A stretch of DNA of 64,000 nucleotides, from contig MU006094.1 of NCBI GenBank assembly GCA_010093705.1, positions 1,339,550 to 1,403,549 of the forward strand. The letters run 5' to 3'. The DNA is from Patellaria atrata CBS 101060. Its lineage: Eukaryota. The position numbers and the translations under genes were made by a program. The notes beneath the pieces were generated by a model, which was not told the origin of the DNA, did not search any database, and was given only the letters and a program-made list of their open reading frames with translations. This document shows, one piece after another, positions 48,555-64,000 of the stretch. Within the stretch, counting starts at the first letter, position 1, and each line of letters opens with the position of its first letter.

Positions 48555-49982
48555 TGTTGTGATATACGGTTGAGGTCGGAAACTGAAATTGATTGGATTG
48601 GGAACCAGATTTAAAAGTTTTTCTGTTAAGGTCGCCCTGAAGCTTTTATGCGACAGATTGAAGAATAGTTCGAACAAAAGTTGTGGATTGCGATATTTGA
48701 CGTACTTGAAGGACTATCGGGACTATCGGCAAGGCTGGAAGAGGGTACGGGGAATGAATTTAGATGGAGAAAGATGTACGATATTGAGAAAGAGGAACAA
48801 CGAATAGGCAATTGAGTATTTCACTTGCCTGAATGCAATACCGTATTCAACGGAACAGAGCTTGCCGATCTCAACGAAGACGTTAGAACTGCACGTTGGT
48901 GTGACGAAAAGCTCACCTCGCAGTCGAGGATGCTTTTAGCAGGGAAGACCTCTGTTCTTATATTAAGAGATAGACAACTTACACATTAAATCAATATGAT
49001 CCTTCTCAGCCTCTCATTCTGTTCTGTTTTTGAATAAAAACGCCACTCAGATACCTTCTTCTTAGTTGTACTCCAATCAGGATTGCAAGCTTGCAAACAC
49101 GCCTCAGCCGCACGAGGCAACGTCCCGCACAACCATCGAATCCCATGTGCTGATTCAGTCTTTAAACAAGGAACCCTATTATTTGTGTCTTTTTACTACC
49201 AGGAAAGTAATAGGAGCTGTACACCGAGATCATAATTACGCTACCCGCTAAACAGGTTGATGGCAGGATGACATGCAGTGCTGTCGTGCATACGGACGGG
49301 AGCTCCTTGCGTCTTACTGTGTATCCTGATGTGCGGTTGGGAGGAAGATCATTGATAGGATGCTGTACAATTACTGCAATAAGCTCGTCCGTTCATATGT
49401 CGTGGTTGAGATATTTCTCGGGTATGCCTTTGCCTATAGCGAAACCGTAGCTTTCGTCTTCGGCCCGTGGATCTGTACCAGTCATCTCCTCAACGTTGTA
49501 CGATGGATCCCAATGGAATTTCTCCCGATCACGTAGGATTGATATCACTATGTTGTGCAGCGTAGTATTGAGTTATGGGAGTTGAAAAATGTCGTATTTG
49601 GTCAACGTAGGTGTGCAATGAAGAGAAGAAAGAGAGTCGGGGTATTAAAGAGGGCGCACAGAGCGCTTTGGCGGTACCACAGAGTCGAGCTAAACACTAA
49701 CAGATATGCTGATAAAGACCTTACAGAGATGAGGTGATGACGAAGTTTCGTATACAGTCAGCACTATCTATCTGTACCAGCATGAACATCCTACCCAGAT
49801 AATCTTGTAACACATAAAGGTACAGTACAATACCACTCCAAGCCAGGGTATTATATACACAAAGAGCCACCCAGTCTGAAGGGACTCTTTATGCCATGGA
49901 TACCAAATGCCAAATAAAGGTCCGCCGTTATCGTCACGCCAAAAGTTTATAGAAGCCTACACAATACCTTCAGAGAACATGC

Positions 49983-53424
<3,442 letters not shown>

Positions 53425-53496
53425 TATCGGTAGTGTCCTGGCATATGACGTTCTGATGCTTCTGGAAGTTGTGGATAGCGATGTACCAAGATCAAA

Positions 53497-53539
53497 ACGC
53501 GACCCAGAAGATAAGCCGCGCTACCGGACGCGACGCGAG
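53497..53539. promoter_or_regulatory. Cluster of MCB-like (ACGCGA/CGCG) elements upstream of SMC5
   Basis: ACGCGA at 53497 and ACGCGACGCGA at 53528-53538, 70-115 nt upstream of the SMC5 ATG. MBF-type sites are typical of fungal replication/repair genes. Confidence 0.5.
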
Positions 53540-53691
53540 AATTACTCAGTCATGTGATCGTATAGGGGCACACAAAAACTTCAAGGAAGCACAGCTATCA
53601 TGTTTAATGGACAACACATCATTTACGCTATTTTCGTACTTGTACACCGGGACTAATAGTATTTTACAATAAATGCATTTTCTCATCCATC

Positions 53692-55442
53692 CTACTTCTT
53701 CTCCTTCGGAGCAATCATAAGCTCAGGACGAACATACTTGTCAAAGTCCCCTTCACTCAACGCATTCAATTCTAATGCACTCTCCTTCAGGGTGTTTCCC
53801 TTCTTATGGGCATTCTTAGCAACCTTTGAGGCCATATCGTACCCGATTACTGGGTTGAGGCACGTGACCAACATGAGACTACACCACTATCAGCTAGAAT
53901 TCCGAATCGCGCATTCAGGCAAACTTACCTCTCTTTCATGATAGTACCGATCCTCTTTTCGTCGGCTTCTAATCCATCTACAAGGTTCTTCTCAAAGCTT
54001 CTCATTGCATCTGATAGCAACCTAGAACTGTGTAACAAGTTCCTAATCATAACGGGCTTGAACACATTGAGTTCAAAGTTACCCTGGGAACCAGCGAAAG
54101 TAACTGCCGTCTGGTTACCGAATACCTGTGCGCAAACCATGGTCATGGCTTCACACTGTGTTGGGTTCACCTTGCCTGGCATAATCGAGGATCCCGGCTC
54201 GTTTTCTGGAAGCTTGAGTTCACCCAATCCGCAGCGAGGACCAGATCCCAGAAACCTGATGTCCTGTGCAATTTTGAATAGTGATGTGGCGACTGTGTTG
54301 AGCTGACCGTGTGCTTCAACGATGGCATCATGAGCGGCAAGGGCTTCAAACTTATTCGGCGCAGTAACGAATTCCTTTCCAGTCATTTTACTGACCTCAG
54401 ATGCAATAGCTTCTGCAAAACCCTTGAAAGTGTTGATTCCTGTACCAACGGCCGTGCCACCTTGAGCAAGCATTCGGAGATGTGGTAGAGCGGACTTGAC
54501 CCTTGTCATTCCGTTATCCAGTTGTGCAACATATCCAGAAAACTCTTGACCCAACGTCAATGGTGTCGCATCCTGAAGATGTGTACGTCCGATCTTTATC
54601 AACTGCTCCCATTGTTTTACTTTCTTGTCTAGAGCGTCACGCAAACTTTGTAAGGCAGGAATAAGCTCCTCTTCTAGTTCTAGAACGGCCGCGATATGCA
54701 TGACGGTGGGGAAGGTGTCATTGGAGGAAGCCGACATGTTAACATGGTCATTAGGATGTACTGGCTTTTTCGAACCCATTGTACCACCCAAAATCTCGAT
54801 GGCTCGGTTGGAGATAACCTCATTGGCATTCATGTTGGATTGTGTTCCAGATCCAGTCTGCCAAACAACAAGGGGAAAGTGATCCAAAAGCTTCAGTGAA
54901 GCGACCTCCTCAGCTGCTTGTTGTATCGCTTTGCCAATCTTAGGATCTGCCACCAGTGATCAGCTACCTATTATTGACCTGCGATGTTGTTTGTGTGTAT
55001 GCGCATGTGATTATGCCTCTGTGTATGTAGATATGCGTGACGTACCGAGTCCATACTGCATGTTGACCGTGGCCGCCGCTCCCTTGAGGATTCCAAAGGC
55101 GCGAACGATAGGTGGTGGCATCCTATCATAGGGTTGATTGATCTTGAAGTTCTCGAGTGATCGCTCTGTTTGGGCGCCCCAGTACTTGTCTGAGGGCACC
55201 TGGATCTCACCGAAAGCATCTGTCTCTGCTCGTGTGGTACCTGCCATCATTGTACGAGAAGTGATAAAGGTTCTGAAAACTATATGTGGAAATTTTCCAA
55301 TGGATTGTGTTCTAGTAGGCTCGACGTATGATTTTGTAAAATGTCTGGCGGGACCAGCAGCTCTTATTGCGGGGATAGAACGAGACGAAGCATGTGTAAG
55401 AGGTCGCAACAGCTCCGAGGAAGGCCGGACCTGTCGGAACAT
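53692..55442 (-). CDS. FUM1: Fumarate hydratase class II, with mitochondrial presequence
   Basis: [60 protein letters not shown] signature; introns 55045-54947 and 53928-53879; Arg/Ser-rich N-terminal presequence. Confidence 0.97.
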
Positions 55443-56736
55443 TTTGACGTGCTGTCAATCAATTGGAACAGGAGGATGTGGCAGAATAAGTCGGTGATAA
55501 ATATGGATGTTTTATATGCGCAATTGAATGATATTATCAGAAGAATGTTAGAAAATTGGATGAACAACAAAGCGGGAGTCTGCAAAAGCTTCCAAAAGCT
55601 CCGGAAAGCTTTCTCGGGAAAATACGGCGGGCTTGGGCAACCATCCGCCCGAAGACCCGAACGTCACTGTCTACTCCGGACTGAGTTGCACAAGTGCCCG
55701 ACATAGATCCCCTCTCTGATATGTAACCAGTCTTTCTCTGAGGGAAATTTCTATCCATTCCTCCATTGCGGGATCAACGTCTTACTATACGGTCACACTT
55801 TGACCGGTCTTCAACTCCTTGTCTCTTATACAGTACGGTACGGCGCAAGAAAGGAGAGAATGTACGGAGAATTACCAACCGTACAGACAGCTGGACCGTA
55901 TAGATCTTCTTACTATACGTTCGGTATTCAAGCTGTCTCTGCTGTACTCTACAGAAGAGCCTAAGGAGCCTGAGGACTCGTCGCCGTGCAATCTGCCCAA
56001 CTATGGCGAAGTCCTAGAGAGTTCGCAATACCTCAGACCTAACACACCCCGTAAGAGAGTGAGAAAGGCTATTTGTAGTAGAGGGAGATCACGATAAGTT
56101 TCGAGATGGACGTCACTTAAACGCTTTGATCAAACATTCTTCGCTCCTCCATTTCACTCATACTGCTCTCAGTTCTCCAAGCCTCCACCAAGGGTTTAAG
56201 ATCATCAAACTCTTCACGGGAAACATTTTGGGAAGCTGATTGCTTGAGCTCATAACAATTACGATGGGATAGCTGTGTTCTCGCAAAGGAAAGCCCACAA
56301 AACCTAAAAATATCCCTGCTAAAGTTCAGCTCTCCTCACCTTACCAGATTCGGCTGCAGTGGCTCACCGTGGCTTGAAGAACTGTCCTCGGACTTCTCGT
56401 GAGGCTGGAGAAGCGGTGATCGAATTTTACGCTCCGTGGAGGTATGAAAAGTGTGGAGTACGAGAGGTAGGTATATTTAATACTTTGCTTGCGCGAGGTG
56501 GAATCGTTTTAATTTCAGTCATTTGAATCAAGTCAATCATTCATACCTTATTTCTACCAAGTCTACAATTTAGAATCTAATCTCTGCATATTTTATCACC
56601 CGAGTATCAGCGAAGCACAAGCTACAAGTGAACAGCAATAATTACTACGCCTAGTCCTCTTAAAACCCCAGATCTTGAGAGTCGTTTTCATACTATCCGT
56701 CTGAACAGTACTTTCTATCAACCAAGCCTTACCATA

Positions 56737-57231
56737 ATGCCCCCTCGCCTCTCCCACTCCTACTCCCTCTCCCTCCTTTCTCGTAAAGTCGGCTCCGTCT
56801 GCCACAAATCCTCTACCTCCTGCAAGCCCGCCACAAAAAAGCAAACCTTCATCATTGCTATCTGCGCCGGGGTCGGCGCCCTCCTCGTCTTGCTGCTCGT
56901 ACTTTGGTGGTATCGGTGCTGCTGTTGCTGCTCGCGACGGGGTGATAAGCGCAGTGTTAGCCAGCGCATTAAAGACGGTTTCTCGGGATGGAAGAATGGC
57001 GGACAGCGTCCTGCGAAGGGCGATAAAGCTGGGACGTACGAGAAGGTGGATGAGGGTGCTAGTGCGGTGAGTGGTGCCGCAGATGTGGATACGAGTTATT
57101 CTAGTACTGCAGGAGGGAGTTCGGGGGGAAGTTCAGGGAGTTATGGTGATGGGGGTGCTGTAAGTGATAGTTCGGGAGGCTGGTCAGGTGGGTCGTCGGG
57201 TGGGTTCAGCGCTGGGTTCAGTGGATTCTAA
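56737..57231 (+). CDS. Small single-pass membrane protein with a juxtamembrane CCCCC cluster and Gly/Ser-rich tail
   Basis: 164-aa ORF. TM segment FIIAICAGVGALLVLLLVLWW followed by YRCCCCCSRR; good start context; upstream TATTTAA. Confidence 0.65.
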   Translation: MPPRLSHSYSLSLLSRKVGSVCHKSSTSCKPATKKQTFIIAICAGVGALLVLLLVLWWYRCCCCCSRRGDKRSVSQRIKDGFSGWKNGGQRPAKGDKAGTYEKVDEGASAVSGAADVDTSYSSTAGGSSGGSSGSYGDGGAVSDSSGGWSGGSSGGFSAGFSGF

Positions 57232-58172
57232 GGTGTTGTTCAAAGGGCTTTGTTCCGGGTAGCGTAGAGTTCGGAAAATATTAATGTTAACATATTGCAA
57301 TCAGGGTACCAAGAGAGTGCTGCTCATACATGGGGTTATGGTAATAAGGGTTTCATCAGTTCAAGGAACACATTACTTCGTATCATTCCATGCTATCTTC
57401 ATTGTTCTGTGAAACTCTTTTTCTCTTAAATCCCGTTACCTGTAGACCATCTGGTTTGGGGGTTCTCAACATTTTCTAGGCCTAAGGCATGCCAGTAGAA
57501 ACATGGTTTGCCTCCAGTGGTCAGGCAGCTGTAACTCCAATAGCCAACTGTACTAATAATTTCTTTCTCTCCTGTTCCAGCAGGAACTGGCGATCCGCTC
57601 AGTTTTCTCTACGTAGACACACCGCAAAATCACCTATCTTGACTCTGTCCTTAGCCCTAGTATGATTATTAAAGAGATAATGTATTTGTCGAACTAGCGT
57701 CACTGCTCAAGTCGATATCACTGAGCTGTCGACGGGGTTTGTTGTCCATTCCATCAATATCGCTTGTATTCGCCGTTTTCGAGAGTCCATAGAACTAATG
57801 TGGCCAATGTATTATGACCACTGAGAGATTCAGCGGATCAGCCCTGCACGTATTGAGATCTTTTTATTTTTAACCTGTCCCCTCCTTCAGTATAACGGTA
57901 AATAAAAGCAGTGACTAAAATATATATTATAATTAATGTACTACCAGGTAATAAAAAGACAAAAGGGCCAAGGACTCTTTGCATAACGCTTAGACTACCT
58001 ACCCTTACTAGTTCAAGCGAGAGCACTAGTTGTAGCACTAGTTGTAGTTCTAGCAAGGGTTTTGTATGCCGTTGTTCTCTCCACAGCCTCATTAATTCGA
58101 GGTCGATACTCTATTATCGAAAAACAACATCTTCTATTCACAACGAGACCTCTCACCTGAGTAACCTGCATC

Positions 58173-59787
58173 ATGTGGCTCCCCAAAATGACCACCTCCG
58201 CTTTGCTTGACGCGGAAACCCTAAGCCAACTCCCCTCAGTATCTATCGCCAACTCATCTAGTTCAATTATCCACTGGCTATCAGAGACCGAGTTGCCTAA
58301 TAAAGGGAAGAGGAAGATGCTGGAACCTACCACTGCAAACAGGAGACCGAGGACTGATAACACCATACATGATGGACCCTTTGTATTGTTTCCTCGCCTC
58401 CATGGTCCCGCGACTACCAATATAGTCAGTCAACCAAGCATTTCATCACATCATAGTGAACCTAGTCGGTTCAACGATGCACCTCCTCTGAGCAGCGGTG
58501 GTAGCGTAAAAATCAAGTCGTCTGCCAGCAGAGGTCATACTACCATTAAAAAGCCGATAAATGCAAGCCGAAGCCCTGTCAAGAAGTTCACTAGCCTTAG
58601 CCGCATCCCGGGAAGAATCACTTACAATCTATTTGGGGATGCAGTTTCCCACCTATATGAAGGTGTAAATTTAATCAGGACTAAGCTGAAACAAGTCGGA
58701 GATGGAAAATGCATTATACCAGAATCATTCAAGGTCTGGGGAATGGTCTTCCCCTCATTCAAATTTTGAAACTGACAACAGTCCAGGGTCCGTTAAGTAC
58801 CTATGAGTTTCCAAATGAGTGTATACACCTTGCGTGCAATGGTATAGTCGAGGATGGCACTGTCTTTGCCTCCGATGAGGTTAGGAATATATATGGACCT
58901 TGCCCTAGTATTGACAGGATCATATACGTATTTAGAGAGGCTATAATGTGTGAGACAAATCGACATGCCGAAGCATCCTGGAATAATATGGTGCATTCAC
59001 CCCTCTTGCAGTTAGCTCTATGGAACCAAACCTACTTTCATACTGTTGAAATTGTACCATGATAAACCCTCTCTATATTCTATCAATGCGAGTTTCCTAC
59101 ATATAATAGCCCAGCACAACGGCTCAGATTGAACCATCCCATCTTCTTTCCACAAATTACACTGGCCGCGAACTGGAATCTAAAATGGTCGACTATGTGC
59201 TTTGTCTTCACGAGGATCCAGCGATTTCAAAGTTTTACGCTAAATTCTCCCTGCAGAATCGATGGTATTCGGATGAAGCATCGTTGAACCACACATTTTA
59301 TAGCCCATTTCGTGAATCTCCAATAGCAATATCGATAAAAACCAAACTCGCTGGCGATGATTTAGAGATGGTCAAGATCCAGATAGCTACTTAGGTCACA
59401 GCACATTTTGCCAAATTAAGAGAGCTCGTCATTGTTCCCAACCTTCCGTATCTTTCCCTAGTCATCGCACAGGGTCATGATCGGTATTTTCTTGTTGCTG
59501 TACCGGAACTAGGGGAGGTCGATGCAGGTGACGAAGAAACTCCCGGCTCTACCAGACGGACTCAAAAAACCGTACGTACGCACTTCTTCTTCTAGATAGG
59601 TCGATAATATGCCATGGCGATATAGACTCTTTACAGGAGCATTTCATTCGGCTCTTCGGAAACTATTCTAGGGTTGTACAAGATCATTATGGGACTTCAG
59701 GTACTGGCCCACTGGTGTGCAACGGTGTATAAGCCATGGTTTTATAGGAATGTCCTAGGTGTGGAAGAAGAAGGGACTGCAACTTGA
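58173..59787 (+). pseudogene. Fungal PD-(D/E)XK nuclease-like domain gene, inactivated
   Basis: Family motifs EASWNNMVHSPLL, KMVDYVLCL, SLNHTFYSP..PIAISI(K)TK, QGHD and FGSSETILGLYKI..W. Lesions: in-frame TAG at 59392-59394 where W is expected, an intron donor read as ATAAAC at ~59062, and E>K in the ExK motif. Confidence 0.75.
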
Positions 59788-60119
59788 ACCTTGAATCTCC
59801 ACAGATGGTTCCGACTTAACTATATTAATGTCAGAGCTACTGACGGATTGGAGTTGATACTTTCACACAGTATCCGGGTGAGTGGTGAATAACAACAACA
59901 CAGGGTCATCATACTCCATCTGACATCATCTCTATATAACTGACTACCCTATACTTTCCGGCACATATAGTCTATGACCACCTCTAACTCTGCCCTGGGC
60001 TAGAGGAGGTCCTTGAGTATCCAGCCCATTGATCTCACTCAAACGCTCCTATCCCTCATTTCACCAGCTTACCGTCTCGCCACGCATAAGCCGAAGGAAG
60101 CTGCGGCCTTTCGAATCCT

Positions 60120-60480
60120 CTAGTCCATCCCAAACTTCTTCCCCGTCTAACAAAGCGTCGGGCATGATATCCAGAGGATGATAAACATGGTGCTGGCTAA
60201 GGGGATCCATGAGACCAAAACCCTCCTTCTCGATAGAACAGCCCAAGCGGATATCTTATGCCTCGCACAGGTTGCCGCCGAGGATAGGGATAATAGCGCC
60301 TTCGATGTCTGTGCAGGACCTTGCGTGGTTGTTAAGAACACAGATGTTACTGTTAGAAGGGCATTTCGCGGACGCGCCTGCTACACCCTAGCAATTCCGT
60401 TGGAAGAAGCATTAGATAGCGTAGCTGAAGGCCAGGGAGAAGAGTGAGAGAAGTAGCTGGCACAGTTGGGCAATCGTTGA
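60120..60480 (-). pseudogene. Pseudogene paralog of the secreted Cys-rich protein at 63493-63858
   Basis: Minus-strand translation LLLSLFSLAFSYAI*CFFQRNC*GVAGA..PSNSNICV..RSC..IIPILGGNLCEA*DIRLGC..LMDP..YHPLDI/PTLC*TGKKF aligns end to end with the 63493 protein. It has four premature stops, a frameshift and no ATG. Confidence 0.85.
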
Positions 60481-63400
60481 GTGTCCTTGACTAGGACCCT
60501 GGTAAGTATAACGTGGACTTGCTCCATGCCATATATACCTTGGACCTTCCGTTTGGATAATGTATGGTAGTCAAAGGTTTTGTACCTCTTCTAGATTCCT
60601 CCGGTCGACGTCCGTATAAAAACTTTGGCTGGTTGTTCTAAGTTTGGGTACTGAGGCTGGACTGTGATACCGAACATAATTTTTCCGGAATATCAAAATA
60701 TTCCCTCCTTGTAACATATCCGATTTCTTCATTTTGCAATTTTGCGTACTGCTTTTGTATCTTCGGATCACGGCTCAGTGTGCGACCGGGTTAAAATGAG
60801 AGAAATGCCGGATCAAATACTCATAGGAAGGCCAAATGGGTAAAAATCTCGATAGTCAAAGTAGGCTTTTGCGTTCTAGAGAATAAGAAAGTAATCATAA
60901 GCCTTACTCTACTGGTATGATTCCACAATGTTGTTCATTCTTTAATGCAGCTCTATTTCTTGACCTACACAGATCTCCTGAATTTCACTCTCCCTCCGGC
61001 ACTTGATAGAGGTACAAAAGAACGCTTAATCTTATTCTCGGCCGTACTTCAGAACACCATCTATGGCGCCGGGTTGGACGTCCCTTAATCTTCGGTATCA
61101 GATTGATACTAGTCTGCCCGTTCTGCGAAGGGAGCGTCAAATGCTTTCCCCCAAAGTCTTACGCGCTATGATCTGCTCAATATTGGAGTAAACGTCCGGG
61201 AACCGGTTCTTTACAAGGTGGAGGTCGGTTAACAAATCTGTTTCTAGGTCCTGGTGTATGAAACGAGTCTTTCTAGCGATCTTCTTACTCGCACCAGTCG
61301 CAGCATAAGTGAAACGATCAACCTTGTATTTCTCCTGTTAAGGAACAACCATATAGCTCCCGAGTTACTGTATAGCTATAATCAACCCTAACTGCTGACA
61401 TCGCTCATGCCCGAATGCAAAGGTTTTGAAGTTGGGCCGTGGGGGATGTAAAGGTAAAAGTAAAGTAGAGGATCTACGAATTATCAACCTCAGGACCCAA
61501 GAACCAAGAATCCGGAATACCGATGCTCGCGATTGGTCAGAGAAGAGTGCTTGGCACTATTATAACAACAATGAACAAACATTATCGGTAGCAGGATCCA
61601 ATAAGATTATGATAATAAGATGTACTTCCCCAGGGATAGTTGTAACTACCTTACTGTCACTCACTACTTCTGCACTGTAGTCTGTACATCTCTAGTTTTA
61701 GCCGGTTGGCACAGATTTGCGATCTTCTCTTTCCGCATAGCCGATTATTTGGAAACTTGGACCGCGGGTTCGCTGGGCAAGAGGTGACCGTTGGGGATAG
61801 GAATTCATTACTGAGCATTGAACTTCTTCACGGTTACTAAGATAAGAATATTTTGATACTTTCACGGGATATCAGCATGACATTCATCTTCAAAAGCGGT
61901 GGTTAAGCCAAATTAGGAAAGTTGTCACGAGAGATGATAAGAGACTCTTGAACTAATGCAATGAAAGTCTGTACAGCTGGCGCGAGTCAGGAGCCTCATG
62001 CATGCAATCAGATCGAATGATATTCTCAGCTTCTTAGATTTCTTGGGCTTATAACGTCTTAAACGAGATCATATACTAGGTAAAGCAAAGATTAGCATAA
62101 CTTCATAGAAGATGTAGCCGCGTACGCACAAGGCTTCCCCACGTTTAGGATGCCCCTGACCGCTTGATGTCAACTACTAAACGGAACCACCTCCTACTTC
62201 GAGCACTAAACAGACGCCTCTTCGTAGGCCCAGGCGCTTCTCAAGAATGTGAAATCCTTTTGAACAAAAGAGCCGTTCAAATTTGTGCGTTCATCTAGAA
62301 TGCCACCAGCCAAGGCGGAGAAATACTAAGAAAACACATCTAGAGAATGCTCCTCTTGTAAAGTATCTACAACCTCTCATAACTAGTGGTCGATGTAGAC
62401 TCGAATTTCAGGGTTAATTATACGCTTATCCGCATGATTGCGTTTCCTGATACAAATTGAAAGTACCATCTTTAAACCAAGAAGACATTAGGATGGTATA
62501 CGCCACAGGGCGTGTCTTCTTTTCCCGTAACGCCATCTCTGGAGCGTGCTCGCAAGTACCTACCGGTTTCCGTACAACTATATTCGAAAGCTAGCTCAAC
62601 CGCTGACTTTCAAGCTCATGTACCTCGGGGATATACGAATAGTTACGAATGCTTAGTTCCTAGGTCATCCATGATTTGAGTTGTAGGTCTAGTTTTCAGA
62701 AGATGAATCAGGTTGTGGACCTTCCACGTACTTATGAACATGTCTCCGCATTAGCAAAACATATCACAAGGTGACTCCGTGTCAAGTTCACTCCTGATGG
62801 TCCAAAGGCGAATGCAAGCCATTGGCGCCCAGTGCAATAGTCCTTTTCCAAGCAGTTTCGCCGCATCAGATCCTCTAGCCTGGACATGTTATGAAGGTAG
62901 AGGTAGATCCCAACAACCCTAACACTTAACGACGACGAACAGACGGCCCATAGACCAATTGAACCATATCTGTGGCCATATAGGATTCTACTACTCCAAG
63001 TAGACCATCAAGAGACGGGACGGATGTCTCGTCGATGTCTCTTGATCATGCTACTGTCTTCTTGGGACCGTATCTACCCACGCCATAGTTTGGTTCTCGA
63101 TAGAAACTGGAGACCACCTCCGGGATTCAGGTCGGAGGTCGGAGGATGTCATCTATACCGCGTGCTATTGGTATAGACCAACTCGTAAGAAGCGCATGTA
63201 ATTGATATATAAAGTCAAGAAACTCCGGATATCACATATCATACAATCGAAAAAGTCCAGCAAACGCACAGCGCAGACCACTTTTAGTCTTCCAACGCCA
63301 ATAACAGCTGGTAAGCTCTTCTAACATACCTTTTTCTATCATCCCTCTGCGCCATTCCCCCGCTCCTTTACCCCTTCCTTCTCTCCTCCTTCTCATCTCT

Positions 63401-63492
63401 CCCCACACGTCTAACTCCTCCCGCTTCCGTCTTTGCTCTTTTACATCTCTTACCCTCCAACTGACCGTAACCAGCACCACCCAACAGCGACA

Positions 63493-63858
63493 ATGCTTCT
63501 CACCAAAACCCTCTCTCTCCTCCTTCTCCCGTCTCTCGGCCTCGGCTACGCAATCCAATGCTACACCGACGAGAACTGCACCGGAGGAGCCGGGGCGGTT
63601 CGCGAGGTACCCTCAAACAGCAACATTTGCATCTCGACCTCTGGGCGTAAATCGTGTAAAGTCCACGGCGGCAACGGGATTATCATGCGCGTGGTTGGGG
63701 GAAACCAGTGCGGTGCGTACGATGTGGGATTGGGCTGCGCGACGGGTGGAGGCTGTATCAATCTGATGCATCCCTTTGGAAACTACTATCCATATCATCG
63801 TGTGGATATCAGTAGTCCGACACTTTGTTGGGCGGGGCGGAAGTTTAAGTTTACTTGA
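63493..63858 (+). CDS. Small secreted cysteine-rich protein (121 aa, 8 Cys), effector candidate
   Basis: Signal peptide MLLTKTLSLLLLPSLGLG, eight Cys in the mature part, ACAATG start context, and TATATAAA ~285 nt upstream. Confidence 0.85.
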   Translation: MLLTKTLSLLLLPSLGLGYAIQCYTDENCTGGAGAVREVPSNSNICISTSGRKSCKVHGGNGIIMRVVGGNQCGAYDVGLGCATGGGCINLMHPFGNYYPYHRVDISSPTLCWAGRKFKFT

Positions 63859-64000
63859 GTCGGGTGATGAGGGCGTTCGGGAGGAAGGAGGGAGTGGACT
63901 CGCCCTTGTTTCTTCGTCTATATCATTATCCTGATCAGTTGTTAAACTGTTGATAATAAGACGCTGTCAGATTTGCACTCGATGTATCGCCGAATATGCC

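Overview
A 64 kb stretch of a filamentous ascomycete (Pezizomycotina-type) nuclear genome. Introns are mostly short (~50-70 nt, GT..CTRAC..YAG) and there are two N-gaps. Housekeeping genes are ATP7, EGD2/NAC-alpha, RPL14, a FLC/TRP-like channel, APT1-like thioesterase, an HhH-GPD glycosylase, SMC5, FUM1 and a 5'-truncated choline-sulfatase. Accessory genes are a QIP/Gfd2-like DEDDh exonuclease with zinc knuckles, a secreted BBE-like FAD oxidase ending in RDEL, a PTH11-like GPCR, an SDR and several small secreted or membrane proteins. At least four genes are decayed. The ORF track misses the most notable structure: a spliced transcript running divergently from RPL14 whose non-coding leader introns carry two box C/D snoRNAs. 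One is snR87/U16-like; the other combines an snR65-type guide with a U24-type guide. Also not evident from the ORF track are a 66-aa spliced MG..C microprotein, an inverted pseudogene copy of an 8-Cys secreted effector-like gene, and a ~4.1 kb multi-exon Cys/Ser/Thr-rich secreted pseudogene. All calls were made by eye, without database searches, and rRNA and snoRNA reference sequences are recalled from memory.
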